A stretch of 64,000 nt of DNA from Takakia lepidozioides (Eukaryota; Plantae; Bryophyta): assembly GCA_030704615.1 (NCBI GenBank), contig CM060733.1, positions 26,164,001 to 26,228,000 of the forward strand, read 5' to 3'. Under the pieces are notes generated by a model. It saw only the letters and a list, made by a program, of their open reading frames with translations. It searched no databases and was not told the origin of the DNA. A program made the position numbers and the translations under genes. Below, in pieces: positions 12,812 to 25,129 of the stretch; positions within the stretch are counted from its first letter, which is position 1; every line of letters begins with the position of its first letter.

Positions 12812-14176
12812 ATTGTACTCATAAGACGTTGTTTGCCGTAGCCTTGTGGCCATTGACCCCGCGCCCAGTTTGAGCGGGAACAAAAGGAACAGAACCTACC
12901 TCCGTCAGGGGCTGACGTTGGTAGTAAGACTTACCATCGTATAAGGAATTAATCCGGGTTTTCCAGATATCCTCTAGAAAACCCTTCACACAAGCATCAA
13001 TCTGCTGTGTGTGATTTGCCCAAAAACTAGGCCTCAGGAGGGCCTGGGCTTTTGGCTCAGCCTCGAGACTTTCAAAGTTGGTAAACAGGGGTACAGGCAC
13101 AATTCCCTTGATAAAATTGAAGAGAGCCTCTCTTTGGTGAGAGAACCCCGGACAGCGTATCAGAAAATGAATACTGTCTTCAGATTGCCCACAGAACGGA
13201 CAATTGCACTCTCCCTTTCCTCTCTGCTTCTGTTTGCTGTTCAAAGGTAGGCTTCCTGCCCTGAGTTTAAATTTCAGTCTAGTGCCGAGAGTGGGTAGAC
13301 CCTTGAGGTCATCCAAGATGTCCACCCCCATGTCACTGACTGGAAACAAGTTCAGGGAAGTTCTCTGCCTAACTTCATTTTCATCAGACAATCTCATGGC
13401 AACAGACATGGCCTCAGACACTACAGCCTCTAAGGCAGATTTATCCAACAGGGTCAAGACTTGCGGATCCAGATCCAGGTCCTTGAGAATCTTTTCTACT
13501 CTCTTCTGCCAGGACTTAGCCTGTTTGACAGGGCGGTCCTGTTTCCAAGATATAGAGTCGATCAACTTAGGATATCTGGTGTTGGGCATATGTTGCAGCT
13601 GACCCCACCATCTGACCTTGAATTCATCTCGTCGGGAGCTTAAGGATGGAATGCCAAACTCACCCCGAACAGCCACATTGGCTGTTTTGGAGCATGCTGA
13701 CATACACTCCTTAAGCACCCCCACTTGAATGGATTCTAGAGACTTAGCCTGGTTGGAGTTATCAACCCATATAGCAGATCCGTACTCCAAGGCAGGTCTA
13801 ATAACGCGACAAAGCATGGTTTTCTTAACCTCAGAGATGACCCCTCTGCAGTGGAAAAATTTAGTGAGCCCCAGAGCTTTGCCCTTGCCAGTTTGAACAA
13901 CTTTCCGGATATGTGCATCCTAACTACAAACGGAGGAAAACTCAACGCCCAGGTAAGTGTAGGAAGGGAGGACCGGGATCTCTTGGCTACCCCACTGCCA
14001 CAAGATCACTTCCTCCCTCTCCTCTGTCGTTGAATGCTACCACTGCACATTTGCTGACATCCAGGAAAAAAACATAAGTGGGTTTCCCTTCTTTTTTCCT
14101 TCCCTGAATAATCTGGCTTAGAGTGAAGATATGATCCACACAGCCCCTGTTTCGCCGAAAGCCGAGAGAAACAAGC
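12812..14176 (-). mobile_element. 5'-truncated RTE/RTEX-like LINE with RT core deleted, nested in the hAT
   Basis: GFRRNRGCVDHIFTL...FFLDVSK fused to CAVVAFN...YTYLGV; RPALEYGSAIW; C-terminal CPFC...HFLIRC. 15-bp TSD CGAGAGAAACAAGAG at 12797-12811 and 14177-14191. Confidence 0.85.
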
Positions 14177-14837
14177 CGAGAGAAACAAGAGAAAAGAGAA
14201 GAGAGAGAAGGTAAGCTGCGAGAGAGGAGGGAGAAACTAAGGAGGCCAACCACCAGAGGGCCTGTAGGATACGGTAGAACTTGAACCAAAACCAGCACTG
14301 TTTTAGGGGGTGTGGGAGCCAAGGAGCTCACGAGAGAGAGGAAAGAGACTGGTGTGTGCATTTGTGTCTTAGGGTGCGGAAAACCTCATGTAAAGAATCC
14401 GTTTATCCTCATAAGAAATTGCCCTTGCATTCACTCCATACATATATGCATCGTGAAAATGGAGGAGAGAGACTGAATGACAAGTTATATACGCTTCGAG
14501 ACAGTCTGAGCAGAAGTATTACCCGGCGCTGTTCTGGCACTCTCCCCGCCATGCCTTCGTTCTGTTTTCCTTTGCTTCTTCCTGAATCCGGTCGAGTTGA
14601 ATCACGACCCCACCAATGTATTGCACAACACAAGCGTCCGACACGGATTCTCTCCTAAGCTGCTTCTACCAGAATCCACATTACTGTAATCAGGCATACA
14701 GCGTGAAACATATCATACTCCCGCTCTCCCCTTCCCTGCCTTGTTTCTCCCGAAACAAAGTAGAAACGTTGTGACCCAAACAAATCACACGCCCCTCCCA
14801 CACTTCCATCTCTCCCCTGTCCGATCCTTCAACGCAG

Positions 14838-14965
14838 ACGCATGCTACAAAGCCCGAATTCACAATGAGATGGAGATGGCAAGCCAATGATGTGGCCTTC
14901 TGGGACTATTGCAGCACTACGGCGTGGCCGATTACCTTCCGCTTCGCCGCATCATGAACCGCGCA
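14838..14965 (+). pseudogene. tauD: TauD/TfdA taurine dioxygenase C-terminal fragment captured in the hAT
   Basis: [23 protein letters not shown] then, after a frameshift, [18 protein letters not shown]. Matches the TauD C-terminal signature (RWRW..ND.A.WDNR.TQHY..DY.P.RR.M.RA) as recalled. Preceded by a CT-rich tract and CAG. Confidence 0.82.
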
Positions 14966-17900
14966 CGTAGAGGCACTTAGGGCTACAGCCCAGGGGTGGA
15001 ACCGGAACCGGAACCGGAACCGGAACCCTAAACCCGGTTCCCACACATGTGGTCGTAGCTGGAACCGCCGGTTCCGGTTCCCACACAATCCTGGATTTCC
15101 GGTTCCGGTTCCGGTTCCGGTTCTGCGTAGGCAGGTCCGGTTCCGGTTCGGTTCCACATAACCGGAACCGGAACCGGAACCGGCGGTTACCCGAGGCCCA
15201 GGCGGGTAACCGCCCAACACTGGTATCGACCTCGTTGAAACTCATAGTGGCCTGGTGAATGAAGTTGTCACGTTTGGGATCCCAAACCATCCTCCTCAAA
15301 AATATGAAATACAAATGTTTGCAGGGTATGAATTTACCTCTCTTGCCCAAACTGGTTGATAGCATATTCACAAAATCAGGACATGTGCAATTGGGGAAAT
15401 TGGAAACCGTGATGTCGTAGGTCCTGTCATGAACAGCAGATGTGGAAGTGATGATTGTGAATACCCGACCATATCCTGGATCGGGTACTTCCGTGGTGCT
15501 TCCAACACGAGCTTGGAGCATTCTTGCGGACTCCACTTTGCCAAAGTGTTCAGCGGTTGGAGGGAAACGCCGAACGAGCTTTCCATCTCGTTTGGTTGGC
15601 CACAAGTCAGGATTTGCCGGGGGGACCCGGGAGGACGCAGAAGTAGTAGCACATGCATGGAGTTGGGGTTGTCTCGCAAGGGAAAAACCTGCCTCCTCCA
15701 GCATTTCAATCTCCTGAAAGCTGAGATGTGTTCCCACCTTCACGGGCCAAACGGTTGGAGGAGTTGGCTTCATCACTATGGAAGGACGCACAGTTCCATG
15801 CACACATCTGGCACAATCATCTGCGCAGAACCAGAACTTGTGGTTCTTGGCTTCTGGTTGACTGTATGGACGCATCAAGCCCGTGAAAGTCGGAGTAGGA
15901 GTTCGGGCACCACCTCTGGATATAGATGAAGTGCACTTCTCGAAATTAGTTGCCCTGATCGCTGTACATTTCACACGAGACCCTACACTTGTGCGTTCTA
16001 TGTGCCAAACGTGGTCGGGGCATGCGGACTCAAGCACATCAAGGGGGTTGTTTCTCTCCTGCACCATTTCAGTGGCACGGTTTGATGCTGGAGCTTGCCG
16101 TCGTGTTGGAGGTTCCTCCACAATGGAGGTTCCGGACATGGAGCTGTCATGCAGGGGAACACGAGGCTTCGAGAAGTTATCACGGTCTGCCCTGTGGGAA
16201 TCTGAATCCGAACCAGGTGGAGTGTTCAATTTCCTCTTACAGGAGCCGAATCTCTCCTCCCCTTCAAGATGTGGAACTCTAGAAACAAGTGGCGTTCCCT
16301 AGGCATACATGCTCACCGCCCGTGCTATCTTGATTGGATCCCCAGATCTGTTTGCAGCACGCAACATCAACTCCCATTTGTCCGGACCCTTGCCACCAAC
16401 CCCACCTCGTAAGAAATCACGGTATCGGGTTTGTTGTTGCAAGGCACGTATCAAATCATCTGTTGTTGCCACATACAAATCCCGACCTCGTTTCCCAGAC
16501 TACTACAACCATGCGTTGTGCACAGTTTCTGCCAAATTGCAAGATGGCATGTCCGCCACTTCCTCAATGGACATGTTCTGCAAAGAGGATAACCACACTT
16601 CAGAACAGTGCACAGGAAACAACATAAAGAAAGCAATGAGTCAAAAATATGGAAAGCAAATGTATGAATAAAGCATGAAATAGAAGCCTCGTACCATTGT
16701 CATGGCTGCTCCCCACTGTCTATACCGGAAGTGCCAAAACGCCAGCCAATCTTCCAATGCTCTCATACTCTCAAGTGATGCAGCTCCAGAAGAGAACCAC
16801 CATGCACGAATTGTCTGGAACAAAGTGTCCGCCTCCTTCATTGTTCTAGCATCTTTGTACTCTTTGCACAATTTACGGTGCTGAGTCTGCATCTCTGGTT
16901 TGATGTCCGACTTTGTATGTTTTTCCAGAGATTGTGTCCAATGGAATAGACATGTACGCTCTCTTCCTGGCATAGGCACTTTTGGGTCGCCCGATCCGAA
17001 GACAATACGAACAGCATTGAAATTTGCTTGAGCACTATCCGCCATGAAACCTGTGAAATTTGGAGATGGCAGCCCAGGGAATTCCACATGAGCTTCTGGG
17101 ATTCCGTATCCTCGGATTGCATGTCACAAACTGCAATTGTCATAACTCGTTGGTACACTGGATCGTAGACATGACAAGCCATTGTCGTCCAATCCTTCAC
17201 TCGTTTGCAATGAACTCAGTCTTTACTTCGGAGCCAAAAACTAGAACAAAAGGAGAGCCATGACCATCCGGTCTCCACTCATCTTATACTTGGGCTGATC
17301 CCCTAACTCCACCTTACCCCGCCGCCTCCTTCACGTGATTATTTAATAGCAAGTCAACAATATTTAAGATCCTACAACTTTTGGACATCAAGTATGGCGG
17401 CCACCGGGTCTTATCCCCCTCTACAGGCCCATCAACTTCTAAAAACATACGATACCCACGTGTTTTGTTTCTCAACCACTCTTTTAGCTGCATGTCACTT
17501 GCTAATATTTAATATGGCCACCTTGTTCCTAAATTACTGCTGCATCTCCTTTCTTTTCGCAATTTCTTCCCAGCAATGATAAATCGATCATTCTCTCACA
17601 TTTCATCTCTCTGCCAACCCGTCATTCATCTGGTATTCAATCCATGTTTGAATGAAAAATTGGCGATTTCATCCGCTTCTCCTTAATGAAAAATCGCGAC
17701 TTCAGAGCCCCCACAAACCCTACGTGCTTTATCTGTTTCTTGCATGTCTTCCGTGTTTCCCTCATCACCTCCCTTCGACCTACACTTTCGTTTTAAGATA
17801 AAAAAAAATTCTTTACGATTTTTCCCTTCGTATTTGCGTTGGGTGATCCTTCCTGTCTTCTTTTTCTATCACACTGAACCTCGAGTGGGCAGTGAACATT

Positions 17901-18094
17901 CATCTATTTTCTTTTTGCCGTGTTGGACTCTGCACTGTTGTACATTCTGTTCATCTACATATATTCGTGACATGGGGGTTCTGGCTTACAAAACAAACAG
18001 TGCACCCAAAAAAAAAAAATGCTGGCACAACCCTTGGATTCTTTCTTTTCCAATCCGGTCTAAATGTTTTATTGCAATGTCTTGTTCTAGTGAG

Positions 18095-19000
18095 TGCGAG
18101 TCTTCCATATTTGTTTGTCCATTTATATATTTACCATCACCTCTAAATCTTTACCCTTCGTTTTATCCTTCCCTTAACCCTTCCATAGGCTTAAGCCGGA
18201 CACTTAGTACCCTAAACCATTACTCTTACCATATACCAAAAACCTTTGTGTACTCCCATAAATCCAAAACCTAAACCCTTACCCTGGCCTTAATCCTTAC
18301 CCTAAGCTTAAACCTGACACTTACTACCTTAAACCATTACTCTTACCATATACCAAAAACCAGGTTAGTGTACTACCCTATTTACACTCCAAACCAAGTT
18401 ATTGTACTACCATGTGTGAGTCTTCTATATTTGTTTGTCCCTTTGAACTACCCTAAATCCAAACCCTAAATCCTTACCCAATCCTTTACCCTGGCCTTAA
18501 TCCTTACCCTAAGCTTAAGCCTGACACTTAATACCCTAAACCATATACCAAAAACCAGGTTAGTGTAATACCCTTCTTACACTCCAAACCAAGTTATTGT
18601 ACTACCATGCATGAGTCTTCCATATTTGTTTGTCCCTTTCTACCCTAAATCCAAACCCTAAACCCTTACCCCTCCCTTTACCCTTCCCTTAATAATCCTT
18701 ATCCCAAGCTTAAGCGTGACCCTTCGCACCCTAAACCATTACTTTTACCATGTACCAAAAACCTTAGTGTAGTACCCTACTTATAATAAAATCCAAACCT
18801 TATTGTACTACCATGTTACCTCTTGTAAAATTTGTATCATTCTCTTAATGTTTTCTTTAATTTTGTTGGATAACATATGATACAATGATTACATGGATAT
18901 CAAATTCCCCTTACATTTATACATTCTACAGAGGTTCAGAGTCGTCCATATTTGTTTCTCTCTTTCTATCCTAAACCCTTTAAAACCCTAAACCCTTCTC
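18095..19000. repeat. Degenerate tandem repeat containing telomere-like CCCTAAA words
   Basis: Unit start GAGTCTTCCATATTTGTTTGTCC recurs near 18099, 18418, 18613 and 18940 (spacing ~195-325 bp), with CCCTAAACC motifs. Confidence 0.75.
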
Positions 19001-20120
19001 CGAGTCACCACAAACTTGGACCTTATTGCACTTAATATATCTAGTTACACCCCAAACCTTATTTTACTACCCTAGTAGGTCATCTTCCTAATGTTTCAAG
19101 CTATTTTAATATTTTACTGCCATTCTCACACCCAAAACATCATTTCAATGGCATTGTCTATGAATATTGTGCTTGTCAACATGAAGATTCAATCAAAATT
19201 ACTATCAACTTATATCAAGTATGGTAGAGTACTATGAGTCTATCCCATGTTCGATTCGACACATTTGTTTATCGTGATTACATAATGTAATATTACATCA
19301 TTCGACTTCCCAGTGGACGTTCAATGAATTGTTCAGTTACACTACAACTTCACAAGCACTTCAATGTCAAATGGACATCTTATATGTTACATTTTGAAGC
19401 AAGTATGACATCACTTGTAATTTCACAAAGTTCAATCACACATCACTATCCAAGATATTATTAACATTTGAATTAATTTTAATTAAAATATATTAAGTTT
19501 GGTCCGGATTTAAGCCAAAAGTCCATAAATAGTTAAAATAAGGTTAAAATGGGTCAACATCTGGTCAGCATCAATGAAAACTCAAACCGATTCCGGTTGT
19601 TCCCCTTAAGTTGGCTCTGAGCTTCCAAGAAACCTTTACAGATCTGCCTCTGTTATAGCTGTACTCATCATTTTAAGTTGCCATTGCCTTGTTGGTAATT
19701 TTCTGGTACATACATAGCAGATTGGGGTCATCACCATAGCCGAAAGGTTGTTTCAGTGTTTGAACCTACACAAATAAAGTACAATCTGACCTTCTAAGTT
19801 TATCAAGGGGGCTCTTTGTGACCCCTGTTCTTTGAAAAAAAATAAAAAAAATTCAACTAATATAGAAAAACAAAACGTGAATGTGGAGACAGATAAAATA
19901 TGCTTAAGAAAAAGACATATATGATGAAAGCCCGAACAAATATGCATTAAATAAAAAACAACCAAGCTTCAATTAAATCAAAACAATTTGAAATCTAAAC
20001 TAATTGAGAAAAAGATGAAAAAAATATCATATAAACAACATTCATAATCCAAATCGATTAAATATTGGGGCTTCATCCCCTTTATCCAAAAAAAAAAAGA
20101 AAAAACATCTAAATCTACTT

Positions 20121-20367
20121 GTTTTTTTTTTGTTTTTTTAATTTTTTAAATTTTTAAAGGAAACCTGGGAGCGACTGCTCACAATTCAGGCCCTTGAGGA
20201 GGGGGAAAAAGTAACCCCCTTTCAGAGAAGCCATTAGGCACACAGGTGGGAAACGTCACCACCAGACCAACCGGTCACGAATGATCCACACATCAGGCAG
20301 GGCAGCGGGTTCGAACCCCGAACCACCACGGCGACACATTGTGCACTTATCAGCTGAGCTACCAGCT
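20121..20367 (-). mobile_element. tRNA-derived SINE
   Basis: Minus strand: A-box TAGCTCAGCTG, B-box GGTTCGAACCC, A-rich tail. Homologous to 27274-27475. Confidence 0.75.
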
Positions 20368-20569
20368 GATGTGCTACTTGTTGTATGAGTCAAAATGAGA
20401 GTCATTACACTGGTCAAATTAATATTAGATGAAATAAGCCTCAAATTGCAATGGGATCTCTTGCTTTGTGAAAACATAAGAGGAAGGGAAAACTGGAGAG
20501 CATGACGCAGCAAAACACACCCAAGTGCAACGCTTGACACAGTGTAAGGTCCTTTGAATCTCGACGTTG

Positions 20570-20614
20570 TTTCAGAATTCGTCGCTAGTAGTGCGGAGCA
20601 ACGCGAAGCCCTAG
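20570..20614 (+). mobile_element. Possible Helitron 3' end
   Basis: GC-rich GCGGAGCAACGCGAAGC then CTAG|T; similar ~45-bp copy at 63112-63155. Confidence 0.45.
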
Positions 20615-21049
20615 TATGAAAAAAACGACAACTGGTTGGCATGGTGGAGGTTGTGGTTTGGTGGTAGGTCGATGGTGATGTAGCGATGCAAATCTTGGGT
20701 TCCATTCCATGTGGTTCCGGTCGATGGCGCTGATTGCAGCTACCTCCATGGAGGTAGTAATGTATCTACTCTCATGCAGGTAGTTCAGCTTGGTTTTGCA
20801 ACTACCTTCATGTAGAAATCCTAAAACTACCTGCATGGAGGTAATTTTAAATTTCATATGCCAAAAAAAATTCTAAGTCCTCGACGCATGTTCAAAGGTA
20901 GTTTGCTCCTATATTAATGAGACGGCGGGCCCCATCATCTGACCAGCCGCACGACGAGGCCACACAAAATTCTGAGCTGGCATGAAAAATCTGCGCTGGC
21001 ATGTTTGACAATGAGGCTTGAAATCAGTTTTCTTTTAACAAAGCTCGCT

Positions 21050-22900
21050 TCAATCCGCTGTGGTTATCCGTAACGATTCCAGACATTCTATGTTTCTAGA
21101 GGAGATAAGAATGGAAGGAGGCTTACCTCTCCTGAAGATCAAGGGAGTGACAAATGATGCCCTTGGAATATCGTCCGAGTCCAACTGTGAACATCCACCT
21201 AGGATCAGTTTGGGGTATGTGTTGAGTCTTGTGAGGCACAATCTGGCCAGGATGGGGTTGCTGGCTATGCCTGACAGCATGCTTTTGTAAATGCCTCTTG
21301 GATCCAATTCCGATTTCAGGCCAGCCCTCTGGGATTTGGTTGCATATCCCTCTCTTGCTAAGTGTATTTTCCTTTCCCTTTGTGTGCTGGTGGGAGCATC
21401 TTCCCTACTTCGAGATACATGGGATCTGAGTGCTTTTCATGTGTCTTTGGTTCCCTTGGCGTTGGACTGATCTGCAGCAGGTCTGTGTTTTGGGCTACCT
21501 TCCCGTGTGCCTTCTTTTGCCCAGCTTGGGGGAGGGCGTTTTTTTCCCTCCATTGCTGGTTTTTTGGCGGCAGTGGGCCTGACTTATCTCCTGATCCTGG
21601 GGACCTTTTCCTTTTCCCCGCGGGACAGTCAGCTTTGATATGGCCAATTTTTCTGCAATTGAAGCACGCTGCCGAGGTCTTCTCCTCCAGCAGTCTGATT
21701 GTAAAGTAGTTACCTTCCTCATCGATGGGGAGCCTTACATAGTCTGGGAGTGTGTCCTCTTCCGGCATCATAAGCACCATTTTTGCGAATCCATTGTCAT
21801 TTAGCCTTGATGCTATTGTGGCATGTTTTCATGCCGGGTATTTTCTAATGTTGTCAGTGCACATGAGTGGATCAAACACTCCCAAGCATCCCATAAAGGA
21901 TCCAAAGTGGTTGGCAATGTCACGGATGTTGAGAAGATACTCATATGGAATATACGGAAGTGATACTATTCTTGGGCAACTTCCCGTTTTTGTGTCCCAT
22001 CTTTGCTGACCATGGAAAGATATTTATGTTAAACCCCAACAAGTGTGGGTTGATGTGGAGGGCTTTTGCCGCTGCCTCTTGGGACTCAAATTGCATGGAG
22101 AAGAAGCCTCCGCCTTTGGCATGGCAGAAATGATGCAAGAGCTCACCCCCCCCTCCCAAGTGCTTGATTGCCCAGTCCCTCACAAATGATCTACCCACTT
22201 TCTTACCAGGGAAGTGGACGAGGATTCCGCTGTCTTCCATGCAGGATACCCTGCTTTTGAGGTCTGGCATGTCCACCATTATAATCTGGTGGTCCCCACT
22301 GAGGGCCTCCTGCGTGGTAATGAGGTCTTCCCCCACCAGGTCGTCTTCCATCTGATTCTGACCTGCCTCCATCTGTTGTCTTGCAGGTGTGAACATCGGC
22401 TGAGGTTCCTGTGCAAGCTGAAGGGCTTAAGGTGGAGGTGGTGGTGGGCCCTGCATAGTATCTGCGAACGTGGGCGGATGAGGATTCGTGGTCTCCCTTG
22501 TATTCAACTACCACCTTCTCTCTCCTCCCCCACCGATGGATTGAGTTTGGTGTGCAAGAAAGTATCATGTACCGGAAGTTGGGCGGGCCCTTGGCCAGAA
22601 GTGAGATCTGGTGCCGGTTCGAAATCCCCTACCTCGAGCTGAGCTCTGGCCTCTCGAGCTGAATAATTGCATGTTCCTTGGCGGAGACATAGTGAGCCGT
22701 TGAATTGTCTGCACCTTTCAGTTACTGAGAGTAGCCCAACGATGGAAGTGAGTGCACTTCTGCTTGGCTTGGGAATGAGTGAGTGTTGAGCTCGGGGGCT
22801 GGCTGGCTGGGGGCGCGGGAGTTTGCTGGGCACATAGATTATTAGTTCCTATTGTTAGGCCACTTCATGGGTTCGCCTCGACTGTGGAGATCGCCGCTTT
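21050..22900 (-). mobile_element. L1-clade LINE ORF1 (degenerate; no ORF2 attached)
   Basis: RRM/DUF4283-like GGGFFSMQFESQEAAAKAL...IFPWS; knuckle CFNCRKIGHIKADC; aligns with ORF1 at 3318-4612. Confidence 0.85.
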
Positions 22901-25129
22901 GAGTTGATAAGTCATTAATAGAGACGGCCACTAGATAGTGCTGCCGACCGTGCTAGTGATGAATGCCATCGTTGGGAGACAGATTCCTAGGATATGAACT
23001 GAAGTACGTAGGAAACTGCGCAAAATGGGAGGCTTCCTCGTGGAGAACACTTGGATCAGCCCGACCTGTAAATGACATGAGTGTACTGGAGCTATTTTAA
23101 CCCTGGGGGTGCGTTGGATGACTTGGATGCGGCAGGGGTTTTGCGATTGGATTGTGGGAATAATACAGTAAATCAAATTGTAAGTCATATGAATGAAGAG
23201 CTAACAGCGAGGATAACCTACTAAAAGTAAAATCATCATGTTGCTCTACAAACTAAGAATATGGGGAGGACAAGGGGAGAGAGACGAAGCGATCGTTGGG
23301 CGCAGCTTCGCCATCGCTTCAGTTCTCGTCAGTTTTATAGCGTGAATTTTGCAACATAGTATTTACTTTGTGAAATCAAGGTCGTGGCGTTTACAGGCTC
23401 AACCACTACAACAGATTGTGGCTTTTACGACTCTGTGTTATGACTGCAAATGCAGTTATGAAAGCCATTTACGACTTCATGACTCTGTAGTCGTAAAACC
23501 CTAGTCAGTTGTGGCATGGCAGATATGACTCGCCAGCCTGGCTGTGACGTGTCGCCTGAGCAGCTGTGGGGGTAGTCATACACGCTAGCTTTACTGAATG
23601 ACTGAACGGGTCCATGTCAGCCGCTGTGTAAGAGAGACACGTGCTCTCTACAGAACACGCCACGTGTCAGACTGCGACGCCATCCCGACTGCAGAGGAGG
23701 GAATCAGACGTCAGCACGTGTTGCATCGTGATTGTAACACGTGGTTCCTCATGTCAATTGACACGCGTCGATGTGGGGGGGGGGGGGGGGGGGGTTGGGG
23801 ATTTAATTTATTGTTATTATAATTACTATAATAATTATAATAATTATAATAATTATTACTTTTGACCAACATGGGACAGTGGCACATTATTAAATAACGA
23901 ATTTTTGAAATTATATTTATTCGCTCAGATACCTAAACACACCCTTACGGGGAAGGAGAGTTTGCCTTAGTGCCTATGCTGAATTGCGTCTGCTACTCTC
24001 TGTAATCTAACAGGCACTCACTTTTTTGCCTCTGTTGTCCCACCATTGACTGGGGTCAGAAAAGTTCATTCCACAGCTTCTCCTCATCTCTGTTACCTGT
24101 TTATGGATACTTTTTTTTTGTCACTTTGGCAGTATCATGTCAAAGTCACTCCAAACTATCTACCATCTACCCATGACCATCTACCCATGCAGGTTTCTTG
24201 TAGCTATCCTTCCACAGGGAATCATCGGTAATCTGGAGCTTGAAATCCGGCTTTCTTAAATGATCTGGACCCACACTCTATCCCTGCTCCTTCAGCTATC
24301 CATGCCTCTGCACAGATCATGCATATATCCTTGCATTGCTGTTAGCAGCTGACAATGACAGCCTACATTTGTTCCAGCAAACACCCAACTCAACTTACCA
24401 CTATTCTCAATTGCATCTGCTACTATCTGTAATCCAACAGGCATTTACCTTTTTGCCTCGGTTGTCCCACCATTGACTGGGGTCAGAAAAGTATTCATTC
24501 CACAGCTTTCCCTCATCTCCGATAACTGTTTTTCGATACTTTCCTGTTGTCACGTTGGCAATATCATGTCAAAGTCACTCCAAACTAGATTCACTCAACC
24601 AGCTAACTTGCAGACATTGAAATTTAGGGCCGGTTCTGATAAGAGGGAAAAACAGGGTGAAATGTGTTGAAGAAGGTGCCTTTATTAGCAATGCCTGATT
24701 TTATCAATTGTGCCGCTACTCCTGCGGCTTCCAGTTCACCATCTACCCATGCAGGTTTCTTATAGCTAAATCCACAGGTAATCATAGGTAATCATGTGCT
24801 TGAAATCTGGCCCTCTTGGATGAATCTGGACCCATACTCTATCCCTGCTCTTTCAGCTATCACTGCTTCTGCACAAATCATGCATACTTCCTTGCCTTGC
24901 AGCTGATAATGACATCCTAGATTTGTTCTAGGAAACACCCAACTCAGCTTATCACACTAGTTCCTATGCTGAATTGTGTCTGCCCTCTATAATCTAACAG
25001 GCATTAACCTTTTTCCCTCGGTTGTCCCACCATTCCACAACTTCTCCTCGTCTCTGTGACCTGTTTCTGGATACTTTCCTATTGTCACATTGGCATCATG
25101 TCAAAGTTCAGATCGACATCTAGTACAAT

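Larger units (their letters stand above)
7757..15222 (-). mobile_element. hAT DNA transposon with both ends
   Basis: 15-bp TIRs CAGTGTTGGGCGGTT (7757) / AACCGCCCAACACTG (ends 15222). 8-bp TSD GTATTGAC / GTATCGAC. CCGGTT/AACCGG subterminal arrays at ~7795-7965 and ~14995-15190. Confidence 0.95.
7097..17260 (-). mobile_element. MULE (Mutator-like) element with SWIM domain, interrupted by the hAT at 7757-15222
   Basis: FMADSAQANFNAVRIVFG...CLFHW (16641-17087), NLAETVHNAW (~16520), SWIM CTCPDF...CKHLYFIF (~15300-15390). The frame resumes across the hAT (NEV|NTLLQRDITHG*, ~7756-7718). GCGTGAGCG repeats at 7120-7200. Only one end is evident and the boundaries are approximate. Confidence 0.8.

Noticed and set aside
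14906-15258. ORFs with FRFRFR/NRNRNR/GTGTG repeats
   Set aside because: These are translations of the hAT subterminal (AACCGG)n array.
18170-19000. Telomere or interstitial telomeric array
   Set aside because: CCCTAAA words are isolated within longer units, not contiguous.
20290-20367. Functional tRNA gene
   Set aside because: A/B boxes are present but no convincing cloverleaf; followed by a body and tail shared with other SINE copies.
20955-20975. ACGAGGCCACACAAAATTC shared with ~46544-46562
   Set aside because: A real 19-bp match, but too short and without boundaries to assign to an element.
23775-23860. Poly-G and (AAT)n tracts (also poly-C at 61506-61541 and (CT)n at ~47750)
   Set aside because: Simple repeats with unreliable lengths and no supportable function.
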